Source: Octopus sinensis
Taxonomy: Eukaryota
Assembly: GCF_006345805.1 (NCBI RefSeq)
Contig: NC_042999.1
Coordinates: 148,304,001-148,368,000, forward strand
Reading direction: 5' to 3'
Length of the DNA: 64,000 nt
Position 1 is the first letter of the stretch, and every line of letters starts with the position of its first letter. Under the pieces are notes generated by a model. It was given only the letters and a program-made list of their open reading frames with translations. It had not been told where the DNA came from and searched no databases. A program made the translations under genes and the position numbers. Of the stretch, positions 50,499 to 62,330 are shown piece by piece.

Positions 50499-50715
50499 TG
50501 AGGGGGTGTTGAAAAGTTCTTGGCTTCCAAGGTGTCATGAGAGGCCTGGTTGAAAGCCCAGCTTTCCAAGTTCTTTTACAGAGCTTAAAATAACTGAAAG
50601 CCTGCTGCAATAAGTGTGTGAATGTGAGAAGGGAATTTGTTGAATAAAATCATTATTAATTGATCTTTCTATACATTCTTTTAACCAAAGACAGGAACTT
50701 TTCAGCACACCCTCA
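50499..50715. mobile_element. mariner-derived MITE, ~217 bp (related copy about 59220-59422)
   Basis: TA|TGAGGGGGTGTTGAAAAGTTC ... GAACTTTTCAGCACACCCTCA|TA. Confidence 0.85.
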
Positions 50716-50772
50716 TATATGTAGGGCAAGTCATGTCAACATATATAATTGTGGCTGTTTTTCATGTATATA

Positions 50773-51147
50773 CACTACCGTCAGAAATTAATTAGCACCC
50801 TTTATTTGCTCTTCACTCAAGGTATGTGCTGTCACCTAGTGGCCATATCTCAAACTATTGCTTTGTTGCGAGTTCACTGTTGCGCAGAACGATGACGTAA
50901 CTTTGTTTGCAGAGCAGTTTGAGAGTCTACAGCCTTATGATGTTGACAGCAGTGCAACAACTTGGAGTGCGGATGCAGACAAATCTTCCTTTGTTTAATA
51001 GATATAGGTAGCGCCTCGCAAGGACCGAAATCACACCATACTAAGTTTTCTCATCGCGTAAGACGTTTTGAACAGCTCATAGGTTAATTGATTTAACCTA
51101 TTTAATGTAGAAATTTGAGAAGTGCTAATTAATTTCTGACGCAAGTG
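50773..51147. mobile_element. Tc1-type MITE, ~375 bp
   Basis: TA|CACTACCGTCAGAAATTAATTAGCAC ... GTGCTAATTAATTTCTGACGCAAGTG|TA. Confidence 0.85.
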
Positions 51148-52225
51148 TATGTGTGTAGGTATGTATTAGCCTAGATTAGTCCTGATTGAGTACATCTAAT
51201 GATAAAAGGTATTCCTGCCTTGATCTTCCTACTTTATTTGCTTGCTCCCACCCAGCCTTTTACAACCAGTATTGGTTTGTTATCTTCCTGTAATTTGGAG
51301 GTTTGGGGAAAATGATCGATAGAATAAGTACCAGACTTAAAAAAAAAAAGAAATGCAGGGGGCAATTTATTCGATCAAAGCCCTTCAATGTAGTCCCATG
51401 GTATAGCTGCAGTCCAATGACTGAAGCAAATATTAAAAACAAGAGCATTCTGAGAACGCAAACCTCCGCCAAAGCAACACCAACGTCGGTACTACTTAAG
51501 AAGAGTGGTCCCGGTGCGACCCCAACGTCCTCGCAACGATTAGTCAGAGATGATTTTTAAAATGAGAATATCTGAAATAAACTCGACTGCTCTCACAAGC
51601 GAGAATACAAGAAATGAATCCGACTGCTCTTAAAAATTAAGCAAAATCAGGAAAAATAATCCAGAATCCTTGTCCGGTACCATCGATCCCAAAATCTAAC
51701 CAGTTCGTACCAGTCACGAGGCCAAACAACCCTGAGTTTCATCCGAATCCATCCAACGGTTCTTGAGATAACTTTTCCTCCACCTTAGCGAAGGCGGAGG
51801 TAATAAAGATAATCATGCTATCGAGTTTGTGTTTGTGTGCATGAGTGCACACGCCACACAAGATATGAATGCTTCTGCGCAACTCAGCTGCTTTAGAATG
51901 CAATTGTTTCATTTTTTTACTTTGTGTGTGTGAACGCTCGAAGCCAAACTAACAAGACGGAAGACGTCGATCAGCACTAAAAATCATTCACGATCCAAAT
52001 TAATTTTTTTTTTTATCTCTTTTCTCTCTTAAAAACAATATAATAGGCTAAAGTAAATACCTTTTAAAAATTTTCACGAGTAAATATTTTGTTTCTTCAC
52101 TCCGATTTCGTAGCTTCTGCATTATCTTCCTTTGCTGTTAATAAAAATGACACATTTGTTAAGGAGTCTCATTTAAGAGAAACTTCAACCATATATTATT
52201 AGACGATTAAGCATAGACCATTCGA

Positions 52226-52648
52226 TTAAATATTGTGAAACATACGTTTTTGTTTGAAAGTAGCCCATTCCTTGTGTAGAGCAGTTGTGACAATTTTTTC
52301 GAATGTAGGATATACTATCTGGTTGATTACACCACCACTAGGATTTTCGGGATATTCTTGTATATGAAGAGTCTTCATAGCTTCTACATACTGTTTCTGT
52401 GTGATGAAACCCTTTTTGGTCGGATCCATGATATGAAACAGAGATTCAATGTTACCTTTATTAAAAAGACTGGCTGGCTCGGTTGGTTTACTTTTCAATT
52501 CTTTAAGGTACTCAACCATAAATTGCGTTGGATTTTCAGGTCTATAAAACACTAAAGAAGCTAACATTTTGTTAAATAGCGACTGAATTTTATGTTCCTT
52601 TAAATATTGATCTGCAAACATCTCACGGGTTATTGTATTTTCCGCCAT
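52226..52648 (-). CDS. EFCAB10: EF-hand calcium-binding domain protein 10-like (N-terminal RIIa/DPY30-like docking helix plus EF-hand), single exon, 140 aa
   Basis: ADQYLKEHKIQSLFNKMLASLVFYRPENPTQFMVEYLKELK docking-type segment, then SLFHIMDPTKKGFITQKQYVEAMKTL EF-hand-like loop; uninterrupted ORF with AAAGATGG start. Confidence 0.82.
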   Translation of the reverse strand: MAENTITREMFADQYLKEHKIQSLFNKMLASLVFYRPENPTQFMVEYLKELKSKPTEPASLFNKGNIESLFHIMDPTKKGFITQKQYVEAMKTLHIQEYPENPSGGVINQIVYPTFEKIVTTALHKEWATFKQKRMFHNI

Positions 52649-52688
52649 CTTTCAACAATAAACACTATTTTTCGTATCTATGGAAACC

Positions 52689-52694
52689 CACGTG
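52689..52694. promoter_or_regulatory. E-box CACGTG in the putative bidirectional EFCAB10/GART promoter
   Basis: CCCACGTGGC lies 40 bp upstream of the EFCAB10 ATG and about 90 bp before the proposed GART first-exon donor. Function is inferred. Confidence 0.45.
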
Positions 52695-52699
52695 GCGTG

Positions 52700-52784
52700 T
52701 TAATTATCTCCCCTTATTCATTATATCCGTGCTTTCTGTTTTAAATTTGTATATTTGTCACTTTGGAAACTAAGAACCAAAAAA
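52700..52784 (+). other. GART: Putative GART 5' UTR exon supplying the A of a split ATG (5' boundary unknown)
   Basis: AACCAAAAAA followed by a consensus GTAAGT donor at 52785; joined to the acceptor at 58562 this gives AAAAA|TG AAA ACC CAG. Confidence 0.55.
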
Positions 52785-54888
52785 GTAAGTAGAAATTCTC
52801 TAAAATTCACAGTAAAGAATAAGATAACGCTTCGTATTGAGTAGAACAGAATTCTAACACTTAGAAAGCTGAAACTTTTGCTCGCCACGCTAATTTTATT
52901 TTCTAAATTCTAATAAATTAAGTTTCTTCCCTATTTTTGCGTTCCCTTTTGATGTTTACCTGTTTTATATTAGGTAAAAACAGAAAGTAACAGAAATGAT
53001 TAAAAAAGTAGTTTTCGCATTCTTTTTCTCTAATATTCAAGAAAAGTTATTTTACACCGTCAATGTTCCCAAGTATATAAAGTAGTAAAACGTGTCCTGT
53101 ATGGCGGGCTTTTGATATTTGAAACTTAACCATATTGTTGATACAGTTAATATGTAATACTTACAAAAGTTGTGGGTTTTTCTTTATTGCGTTTAAAGAA
53201 CATGTCGTTAAATTATTAATATTTATATTTGCTGAATTTAATAAGTTACTGTAATATATATTTCTTACATTAAGCCACAATCTTTTTTTTTTTTCCTATG
53301 TAGGAAGAGGGTGTAATCAAATGAATGTGTGTTAATTGATATAGCAGGATTTGAACTCGGAAAAAGTTATTGTTTAGCTCCGATGGAATAAATATGACCT
53401 AAGTCATTCCAAATACGATTGTTCCATCTCTTATTCAGATACTCTGTTAAAGGACTGTGTTATTTCCATTTTTTTTTTTTAAGGTGGGGAGAAATGAGTT
53501 GAGCGAGATTTGGCTATTTCTTGCAGGTCAGGAACATATATAAAATCTTTACGAAAAATAATGACCATTCTCAGTAATTATATAAATTAAAATGTAATTC
53601 CGAAAACTTGAAAAACTATTATCTCAATTCTTCAGTCTTTGGAAACGTGTGCAAGTGTTTAAAAATGTATTGACTGTACGTTCCCGAAGACTGACGAGTG
53701 AAGAGAAAAAATGATAAATTTTCAAAAATTATTTTTTTTATTAAAAAAATGCAAACACACACACCCCTCGTCCCCCATCATTTCGAAGGTTGTGGTGAAA
53801 TATAAATTGGAAATATCCCTGTCAAAACGCAGAAAATCCAACTTATGTGGGTATTCTGATCCGAAGTTCCGTTCAGATTCGCTTGTACAATACCCTTGTA
53901 TTAGTTTTTCTTCATCCCCGCCATACATTGGCTTTTTTTTTTTTTTCGATTTAAGGTCTTTTTCTTCATCTCAATGTGTTGTCGCCATGTCTCACAAGGG
54001 ACTGTTTTTTTAAATGTATCTGACACACTTCAGCGAACCCACCCTTATATAAACTAGCAGCTCGTTTATTCCCGCTTTTACGATTTATTTCTAGTAATTT
54101 TTCACGTAGGAGAATATAATGTAATTCGAACTATAAATTATAAAATTGAAACATTACTTTTGAAAAAGTGCCGGCATAACTACAATTTAGTTCTCCCCCT
54201 GTTTTTGTTTCCTCACTATTGTTTTTCTTTTTTGTGTTAGTGCGCGCGCGAAATTTGACAAATACTTGTAGATAACGATAATGTTGCTCTTTTAATCCTT
54301 TCTCTTTGACTGCTGTCATCCTGGGGCACTCGATCAAATCTATCCCAGTTCTTTACTCTTTGAAGTTCATTATTTACTATGTCATTTCTTATTACCGAAA
54401 CACTAAGTTACGATGGGAGACAGTCACACACATAAAGCATACTGAGTTCTGTACCAGATAATATTTTTGCCCAATGTTGTGTGTGTATAAAGCATCGTTG
54501 GGTGAAGCCAAAACAATGTAAAGTAAATGCAAGGCAAATCACAAAAAAAAATATATATATATATGAATTACTGTAGACTTACCATGCGTTCAATATTTCG
54601 GGGTTATTGTTCTGGCCTTACCCACGATCCTGTATACAATATATTTTACTCAATGCTTCGTAGTAAATATTATATATATATACTTTTTTACTCGTTTCAG
54701 TCATTTGATTGCTGTCCTGCTGGAGCACCGCCTTTAGTCGAACAAATCGACCCCAGGACTTATTCTTTGTTTAGCCTAGTACTTATTCTATCGGTCCCTT
54801 TTGCCGTACCGCTAAGTTACAGGGACGTAAACACACCAACATTGGCTGTGAAGCGATGGTGGAGGACAAACGCAGACACAAATATATA

Positions 54889-56139
54889 TCTATATATATA
54901 AAACTGTAGTTGTGAGAGTGTCTGTCTCCTACGATTTAGATTCCTAACTACTCCCACATTTTGCGGTGCAGTTTAACCAAAAGCGGGTATCTTATAGTCG
55001 TGATTCATATCGAGCCCGTCTGAGTATTAGCGCGCGTCTACGATGAGTCTACGATTTTACAAATAATTTAACATAATTTTTTATTCCATTTTAATGCATA
55101 TTTTTTCGTGTGTCGATGGCGGCGGAGTTGGCGTCCATGGTCACACCTGCACCTGTTTGCTTCTCTCCCTTCTTCCCTCCCTCGTGAAGCTGTGGGGAAG
55201 GGAGTGTAAGGACATCAACGCCGTAAAGCGTTGTCAAGGAGACCAGCGTTCTTTTAGAACAACGACTTCATGGCTTGAAGACACCAAAACAATATATAAA
55301 AGTGAAGTTGTGTGTCTGTCTCCTACGATTTAGATTCCTAACTACTCCCACATTTTGCGGTGCAGTTTAACCAAAACCGGGTATCTTATAGTTGTGATTC
55401 ATATCGAGCCCTTCTGGGTATTAGCGCGCGTCTACGATGAGTCTACGATTAAAAAAAAAAAATACCTTCATTTTTTCCATTTTAATGCATTTTTCGCTAT
55501 TATATAAGGGAAGTAACTCTCTAAAAATGTCAACGATTTAAAAAAAATTACCATAATTTTTTATTCCATTTTAATGCATATTTTTTCGTGTGTCGATGGC
55601 GGCGGAGTTGGCGTCCATGGTCACACCTGCACCTGTTTGCTTCTCTCCCTTCTTCCCTCCCTCGTGAAGCTGTGGGGAAGGGAGTGTAAGGACATCAACG
55701 CCGTAAAGCGTTGTCAAGGAGACCAGCGTTCTTTTAGAACAACGACTTCATGGCTTGAAGACACCAAAACAATATATAAAAGTGAAGTTGTGTGTCTGTC
55801 TCCTACGATTTAGATTCCTAACTACTCCCACATTTTGCGGTGCAGTTTAACCAAAACCGGGTATCTTATAGTTGTGATTCATATCGAGCCCTTCTGGGTA
55901 TTAGCGCGCGTCTACGATGAGTCTACGATTAAAAAAAAAAAATACCTTCATTTTTTCCATTTTAATGCATTTTTCGCTATTATATAAGGGAAGTAACTCT
56001 CTAAAAATGTCAACGATTTAAAAAAAATTACCATAATTTTTTATTCCATTTTTAATGCATTTTTTGGCTATACCTCTCTAAAAATGCTTATATAGTTATT
56101 TCCCTTACAAACCCGAGCAACGCCGGGCGATACTGCTAG
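54889..56139 (+). mobile_element. Non-autonomous Helitron with a 480-bp internal tandem duplication, inserted in the microsatellite of a SINE
   Basis: A|TCTATATATATAAAACTG 5' end, CCCGAGCAACGCCGGG hairpin, CTAG|T 3' end; SINE halves at about 54675-54888 and 56140-56290. Confidence 0.85.
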
Positions 56140-56296
56140 TATATATATATATATATACGACGGGCTTCTTTCAGGGCTTTGGTCAGCCTGGGGTTATAGT
56201 AGAAGACACTCGCCCCAGTTGCCATGCAGTGGGACTGAACCTGAAACCATGTGGTTGGGAAGCAAACTCCTTATCACACAGCCATTCCTGTGTATA

Positions 56297-56811
56297 TCTA
56301 TATATATAAAACTGTAGTTGTGTGAGTGTCTGTCTCCTACGATTTAGATTCCTAACTCCTCCCACATTTTGCGGTGCAGTTTAACCAAATTCGGGTATCT
56401 TATAGTCGTGATTCATATCGAGCCCGTCTGGCTATTAGCGCGCGTCTACGATGAGTCTACGATTTTACAAATAATTTAACAATTTTTTATTCCATTTTAA
56501 TGCATAATTTTTCGTGTGTCAATGGCGGCGGAGTTGGCGTCCACACTCAAACACCTGCACCTGTGTTTGCTTCTCCCTCTTCTTCCCTCCCTCGTGAAGC
56601 TGTGGGGAAGGGAGTGTAAGGAAATCAACGTCGTAAAGCGTTGTCAAGGAGACCAGCGTTCTTTTAGAACAACGACTTCATGGCTTGAAGACACCAAAAC
56701 AGAAATGGCTAAGAAAGCCCGAATTGGCATCTATAAGGGAAGTAACTCTCTAAAAATGCTTATATAGTTATTTCCCTTACAAATCCGAGCAACGCCGGGC
56801 GATACTGCTAG
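56297..56811 (+). mobile_element. Monomeric 515-bp copy of the same Helitron family
   Basis: Same A|TC and CTAG|T termini and hairpin. Confidence 0.88.
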
Positions 56812-57171
56812 TATATATATATTGGTTTCAATCATTACATGTAACTTAAGAGACCTATAAAACGTCCAACATATGTAGACAGAAAATCCTATGGAAATAG
56901 TTAAACTATAAAAATTTCCTCATGCTACCATAAATACTTCTTTCTAATTTAGGCACAAGGCTAGCAATTGTATGGGGAGGTGGTAGCTGTTTACGTCAAC
57001 CACAGTACTTGTTCTTTTTTTTATTAATTGAATGAAAAGCTCAAATAACATCAGCAGGATTTGAAGCCAGAACATAAAGAATCAGAAGAAATACCACAAG
57101 GTATTTTTTCCAACACTATGATTTTGCTTGGTTATTACTAACAGTAGTAACTAAGCAAAATCATAAAGTGA

Positions 57172-57510
57172 AGGTGCATGGCTCAGTGGTTAGAGCATCG
57201 AGCTTATGATCCTGAGGTTGTAATCTCAAATCCCGGACTGGGCTGCGTGTTGTGTTCATGGGCAAGACACTTTATTTCACATTGCTCCAGTTCACTCAGC
57301 TGTAGAAATGAGTTGCGACGTCACAGGTGCCAAGTTGTATCGGCCTTTGCCTTTCCCTTGGATAACAGTGGTGTGGAGAGGGGGGGCAGTATGCATGGGC
57401 GACTGCTGGTCTTCCATAAACAACCTTACCTGGACTTGTGCCTGGGAGGGTAACTTTCTAGGTGCAATCCTATAGTCTGTGTCGTGACCGAAGGGGGTCT
57501 CAGTACTACT
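57172..57510 (+). mobile_element. tRNA-derived SINE with CORE-like body (related copy on minus strand about 1560-1777)
   Basis: A-box TGGCTCAGTGG; body GGGCAAGACACTTTATTTCACATTGCTCCAGTTCACTCAGC. Confidence 0.7.
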
Positions 57511-58562
57511 ATTATAATTTGTAATTTAGGCACAAGGCCAGCAATTTTTGTGTGGAGGAGTTTAATTAATTAAATTATTTCCCAGTATTTTATTGGTTTT
57601 GTTGGCCCCTATAGATGAAAGCAAAAATTGATTGTGGCAAGATAGAACCCAGTAGATTCTGTAAAGTGGTTGGCATTAGGAGAGGCATCCAGCCATAGAA
57701 ACCATGTCAAAACAGAGAACTGGAACCTGATGCAGCTCCTGTAAAACCATCCAACCCATGCCGGCATGGAAAACGGGCATAAAATTATAATGAAAAAAAA
57801 AAAGGATCTAGAACAAGGACTACAAGGCAATTTATCTGACACTATAGATTCTGCCAATCTGCCACGTTAACCTCCTCAACCAATAGTAAATTCACACATA
57901 TTAAGTATTTTTCTAAATCATGTAGTGATCATTTGAAGACATAAGTAACAAACAAAACAATTATCTCTTCCGTGTTTATATCCCAATTTTTGTAAACTAA
58001 TGATTGGTTGTCATAAAGTTTTCAGTGGAACAATCACTGCCTTACTGCGTTTCTAATATCCAGATTGACAAGAAATTGCCTGTGTATCCTTCAGGAAAGC
58101 TGATATTTTTGCTTGAAACTAACTACTCATTGGTTTGTTTGTTGTTTTCTTATTTGCCAAAGTATACATCATTTACCAACGTATATCAGTGAACCATTCA
58201 CAATTATAACTAACTTTCACAATTTTAGTTGACTAAATTTCACCCAACAAATCACTTGTAAAAGACAGTGGCCAAATTTGTTGCACAGCGGGATCAAACG
58301 TAAGATCACAATGTTGTGATGCAAAATTCATAACACAGTCATGCTGGCATCTATTCATAAGAAATTATAACTGGCACTTAAGTTATGAATAAATTTCGAA
58401 TTTATATATTATTCAAAATGTAGAGCCTTAATCACAAAATACTGTTGAGTAAGATGCTAAGATTTTATTTAAAACTTTATTATTGCAGAATTATCTCCCT
58501 TGCTACTTAACCGTTTAGTCTTGAGCTTAAACAAAACAAAAAAGCTTCTCTATTTTTTGCAG

Positions 58563-58709
58563 TGAAAACCCAGAAAATATTGATTCTTGGTGGTGGCGGT
58601 CGTGAACATGCGCTAGCCTGGAAGATTGCTCAATCTGACCAAGTTCTTAGTGTGTACACGTCTCCAGGAAATGCAGGAACAGCGCAAAATGGTAAAATCA
58701 CTAATGTTG
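58563..58709 (+). CDS. GART: Trifunctional purine biosynthesis protein, GARS (PurD) domain, first main coding exon
   Basis: TTTTTTGCAG acceptor; (M)KTQKILILGGGGREHALAWKIAQSDQVLSVYTSPGNAGTAQNGKITNV with GGGGREHALAWK and PGNAG motifs; phase-1 GTACGT donor. Confidence 0.95.
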
Positions 58710-60095
58710 GTACGTGTATATTTGTTTTTCTTATTGTCACTCATTGTTATTATGAGCCAAAGAGAGATCTTCCGCATGATCATTCAACTTTGCTAGAAAT
58801 ATCAGTCAAATATCCCTCATATTGCACCAGCCTATCTTTAAAAGTGTTGGGGTGCAAGAGCACATTACTTAATCCTCAATTTCCTTAAAAATGACACTTT
58901 TAGTCAAGGCTGGAATCAAAAGTCTGCTGGATCACAGATAACCTTGGGTTAAACAAGAACAGCATCTAGCAAACAGATAGCTTTTATATGGCCATTGGAC
59001 CTGTATCAGCTAAACTATCAGCTATTATATACCTGGTCATAAATAACATCCAGTTATTTCTTGATTGTGCCCTTCTTTTCCATCTTGACTGAATAAAGCA
59101 GTGAAATTGAGATGGTAAAGAAGTACATCTTCTTGGAGCACAGTGAATATAGACTGAGACATGGAAGGCGTTTACATCAATGGCAATGTCGTGTATGAAC
59201 TTTGATATGCAAGTGAGATATGGGCTGCTACAAAGAAGTTCCTGGCTTTAAGGGTATCGCAAAGGCCTGACTGAAGGCCCAACCTTCCAAGTTCTTTTAC
59301 AGGGCTTAGGCTGCTGCAATAGTGTGTGAATCTGAAAGGGGAATGTGTTGAATAAAACCATAATTAACTGATCCTCCTATATTTCCTTTTACCCAAAGTC
59401 AGGAACTTTTCAGCACCCCCATACATACACACACATTCACATCACATTTCGGTTCACATATAAGTGAGAAAGTACACTATACACAGAGTTTATATCTCCA
59501 TCTTTATTAAAATCTAACAAAATACTCTTGTGGCATGTAAAAAGCACCAACCGATCGTGGGTGCTGTCAGCCTCCCCTGGCACGTAAAAGGCACCCACTA
59601 CACTCAGAGTGGTTGGCATTAGGATGGGCATCCAGCTGTAGAAACACTGCCAGATCAGACTGGAGCCTGGTGCAGCCTCCTGGCTTCCCAAACCCCGGTC
59701 GAATCGTCCAACCCGTGCTAGCACGGGAAACGAACTTTAATCGATGATGATGATGAATGAATGCATAGAAGTAGAAATATGGAGTAACAATAATGAAATA
59801 TCTTAACTGAATAACAAACTCTTATTCACTCTGCTGGGTGGTTGGTGTTAGGAAGGGCATCCAGCCATAAAAACCCTGCAGAAATAGACACGGAAGTCTG
59901 GTGCAGGCTCCTAGCTGGTTGGATCCTGTCAAACTGTCCAATCCATGCCAGCATGGAAGGCAGGCACTAAACAATGATAATAGCTACATATACTGAGTAC
60001 TTCTTCTCTCTTACATACTTGCATGCATGTGCATGCACACATATATATATATAAGGAGTATGTTATGTTTTTATTTATCCATTTTTTGCTTCCAG

Positions 60096-60218
60096 ATCTC
60101 AAAGTTAAAGACTTCCCAGGAGTTGTCAGTTGGTGTAAAGAGAATTGTATAAATCTGGTGATTGTAGGACCAGAAGATCCCTTGGCTGCTGGAATTGCTG
60201 ATTTTCTTCAGGAACATG
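60096..60218 (+). CDS. GART: GART GARS-domain exon
   Basis: TTCCAG acceptor; DLKVKDFPGVVSWCKENCINLVIVGPEDPLAAGIADFLQEH(G) (VGPExPL motif). Confidence 0.95.
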
Positions 60219-61086
60219 GTTAGATTTTTGAAGTTTTACTACATGCTTGCAATAGCATTAAGAATCTGTATGTATATAAATAATGTATAAAGTGTATAGT
60301 GTCTGTGTGCTCTCCTGCTAACTATAGACCAACATATCTTTTACCTTTTATTTGTTTCAATCATTTGACTGTGGCCATGTTGGGGCACCACCTTGAAGGG
60401 TTTTAATCAAATGAATCGATACCAGTATTTAATTTTTTATGTCTGGTATTTATTCTATCAAGTATTGTTGAACTACTATGTTATGGGGACTAAACCCTTT
60501 TGTTACCATATTTGAGATGCTCTGTGTTTCTTTCAGTTAGTTAATGCCCTAGAAATATCACATTGCCTTGGTATTGTTATCTTATTTTATTTAACACACT
60601 CACACACACACACACTTAATGGTTTTTTGGGGCCTGCAATCGCCTATATTATTGATTCTGTTATTTTTAAATTGTTATACTAGATAATGAGAGTCAATGG
60701 TATGTTACATTAAACTCTACTATTCGCTTCTATTTAACTCAACGTTTCTGATAATGGGATATCTTTTGTATCCTTGAAACAGCTGTAAGACTACCTTTTT
60801 CTTTATAAAATGTCCTACAAATTTCACACTGCCTTGGATTTATTGTCTCACTTTATTTAACACACTCACACACACATATATATATATATACATATGTGTG
60901 TGTGTGATGCTTATTTTGGGCCTGCAATTGCCTATATTATTGATTCTGTTGTTATCATTTTTAAATTGTTACACTAGCTAATAACAGAGTCAATGGTATC
61001 TTCACAAATTATTTTTTCATGAATTTTTTTTTTCTTCGTCAACTGTTTGTTCCATATTGATATATATCTTTTTTTTTTTTCTGAAG

Positions 61087-61234
61087 GAATTGAATGTTTT
61101 GGCCCCAGTGCTAAAGCAGCTCAAATTGAAGCTAGCAAAGAATTTGCAAAGAATTTCATGATTCGTCATGATATTCCAACTGCTCGTTTCAAGACATTCA
61201 CCAAGGCAGATGAGGCCTGTGAACACATTCGAAG
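61087..61234 (+). CDS. GART: GART GARS-domain exon
   Basis: GIECFGPSAKAAQIEASKEFAKNFMIRHDIPTARFKTFTKADEACEHIR; GTGAGT donor. Confidence 0.96.
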
Positions 61235-61714
61235 GTGAGTTGCTCACTTTTCTCACATGTATCCCATAGTTATCATTGATTTAATATTTATTTTTACTTT
61301 TTACTTACTGGTATGGTTTTTCAGTAAGTCTTCTATTCATATATATCATGCTTGTTTTTTTTTTCTATTATCTACTTAGCTCTTTTCTATCTTGCCTGGA
61401 TCCTCTGTGCCTATCATATGTCTGCAATGGTGTAGTTATTTGAAATCTATCATTATCATCATCATCATTATTGTTTTAATGCCCACTTTTCCAAACTTAC
61501 ATGGGCCAGATGGAATTCATTGAACCAGATTTTCTGCAACTGGATGTCCTTCCTGCTATCAACCCTCGCTTGTTTTCAAGCATGGTAATTATTCTTGATG
61601 ACTAGACATGTTTCATAGAAAATGGGAAACAACATCACTTTTATGATGGTGACACTTGTTTACAAATATCGTATGAAGTCAAAACAATTTGGTTCATACA
61701 CACATTCATACATA

Positions 61715-62330
61715 TGAGAGTGAACTGAAAAGCTCATAAGCTGGCTATAAAGTAGTGATGCTAGAGCTTTGAAATCTTCCATGCATTAATTTCATTTCCC
61801 TATTAATAATTGCCTTGTTACTCTCCAGATAGACTGACTGTTAAAAGAAGACTTCAGAAGTAACTAACAGAAACTTTTCTAGAAAATGGACATAATTTGG
61901 CATTAGGTACCTACAGAAAAAAGGTTTACCCCCAAAAAGACATTTATGCTGATATGGTAGCTGCATTAGGGGATGACACTCCAGCTTTACCAACAGATTA
62001 AAAGTAGGCAGCTGAATTTAGGAGGGGAAGATGACCAAAGGTCTGGACGTCCTGCGATTACCACCATGGATGAAAACATTGATCATGTTCACCACATGGT
62101 GATGGATGACATGTGATTGACTATAAATCAAATAGCCAATGCCACTAGCATAATCTGTGAGATAGTTAAGAATATTCTGGGCAATAAATTTGACATGATG
62201 GAGGTTTCTGCTTAGTGGCTGCCACATCTGGCACCTGATCAAATGCACATCACGCTGATCACATCACGGGAAAATCTGACATTGTTTGAGATAGACCCAA
62301 CTGATTTACTTGAATATTTCTTAACCCTAT
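61715..62330 (+). mobile_element. Decayed mariner 5' fragment
   Basis: Relic frames resembling transposase HTH regions (RSGRP..TT.DENIDHV, WLPHL); left TIR-like start only. Confidence 0.6.

Noticed and set aside
55094-55813. Two identical 79-aa ORFs as duplicated genes
   Set aside because: They lie in the 480-bp internal repeats of a non-autonomous Helitron; the frame differs in the monomer copy.
58562-58564. GTG initiation of GART as in the ORF track
   Set aside because: The G is the last base of a strong TTTTTTGCAG acceptor; a spliced A|TG is more parsimonious.
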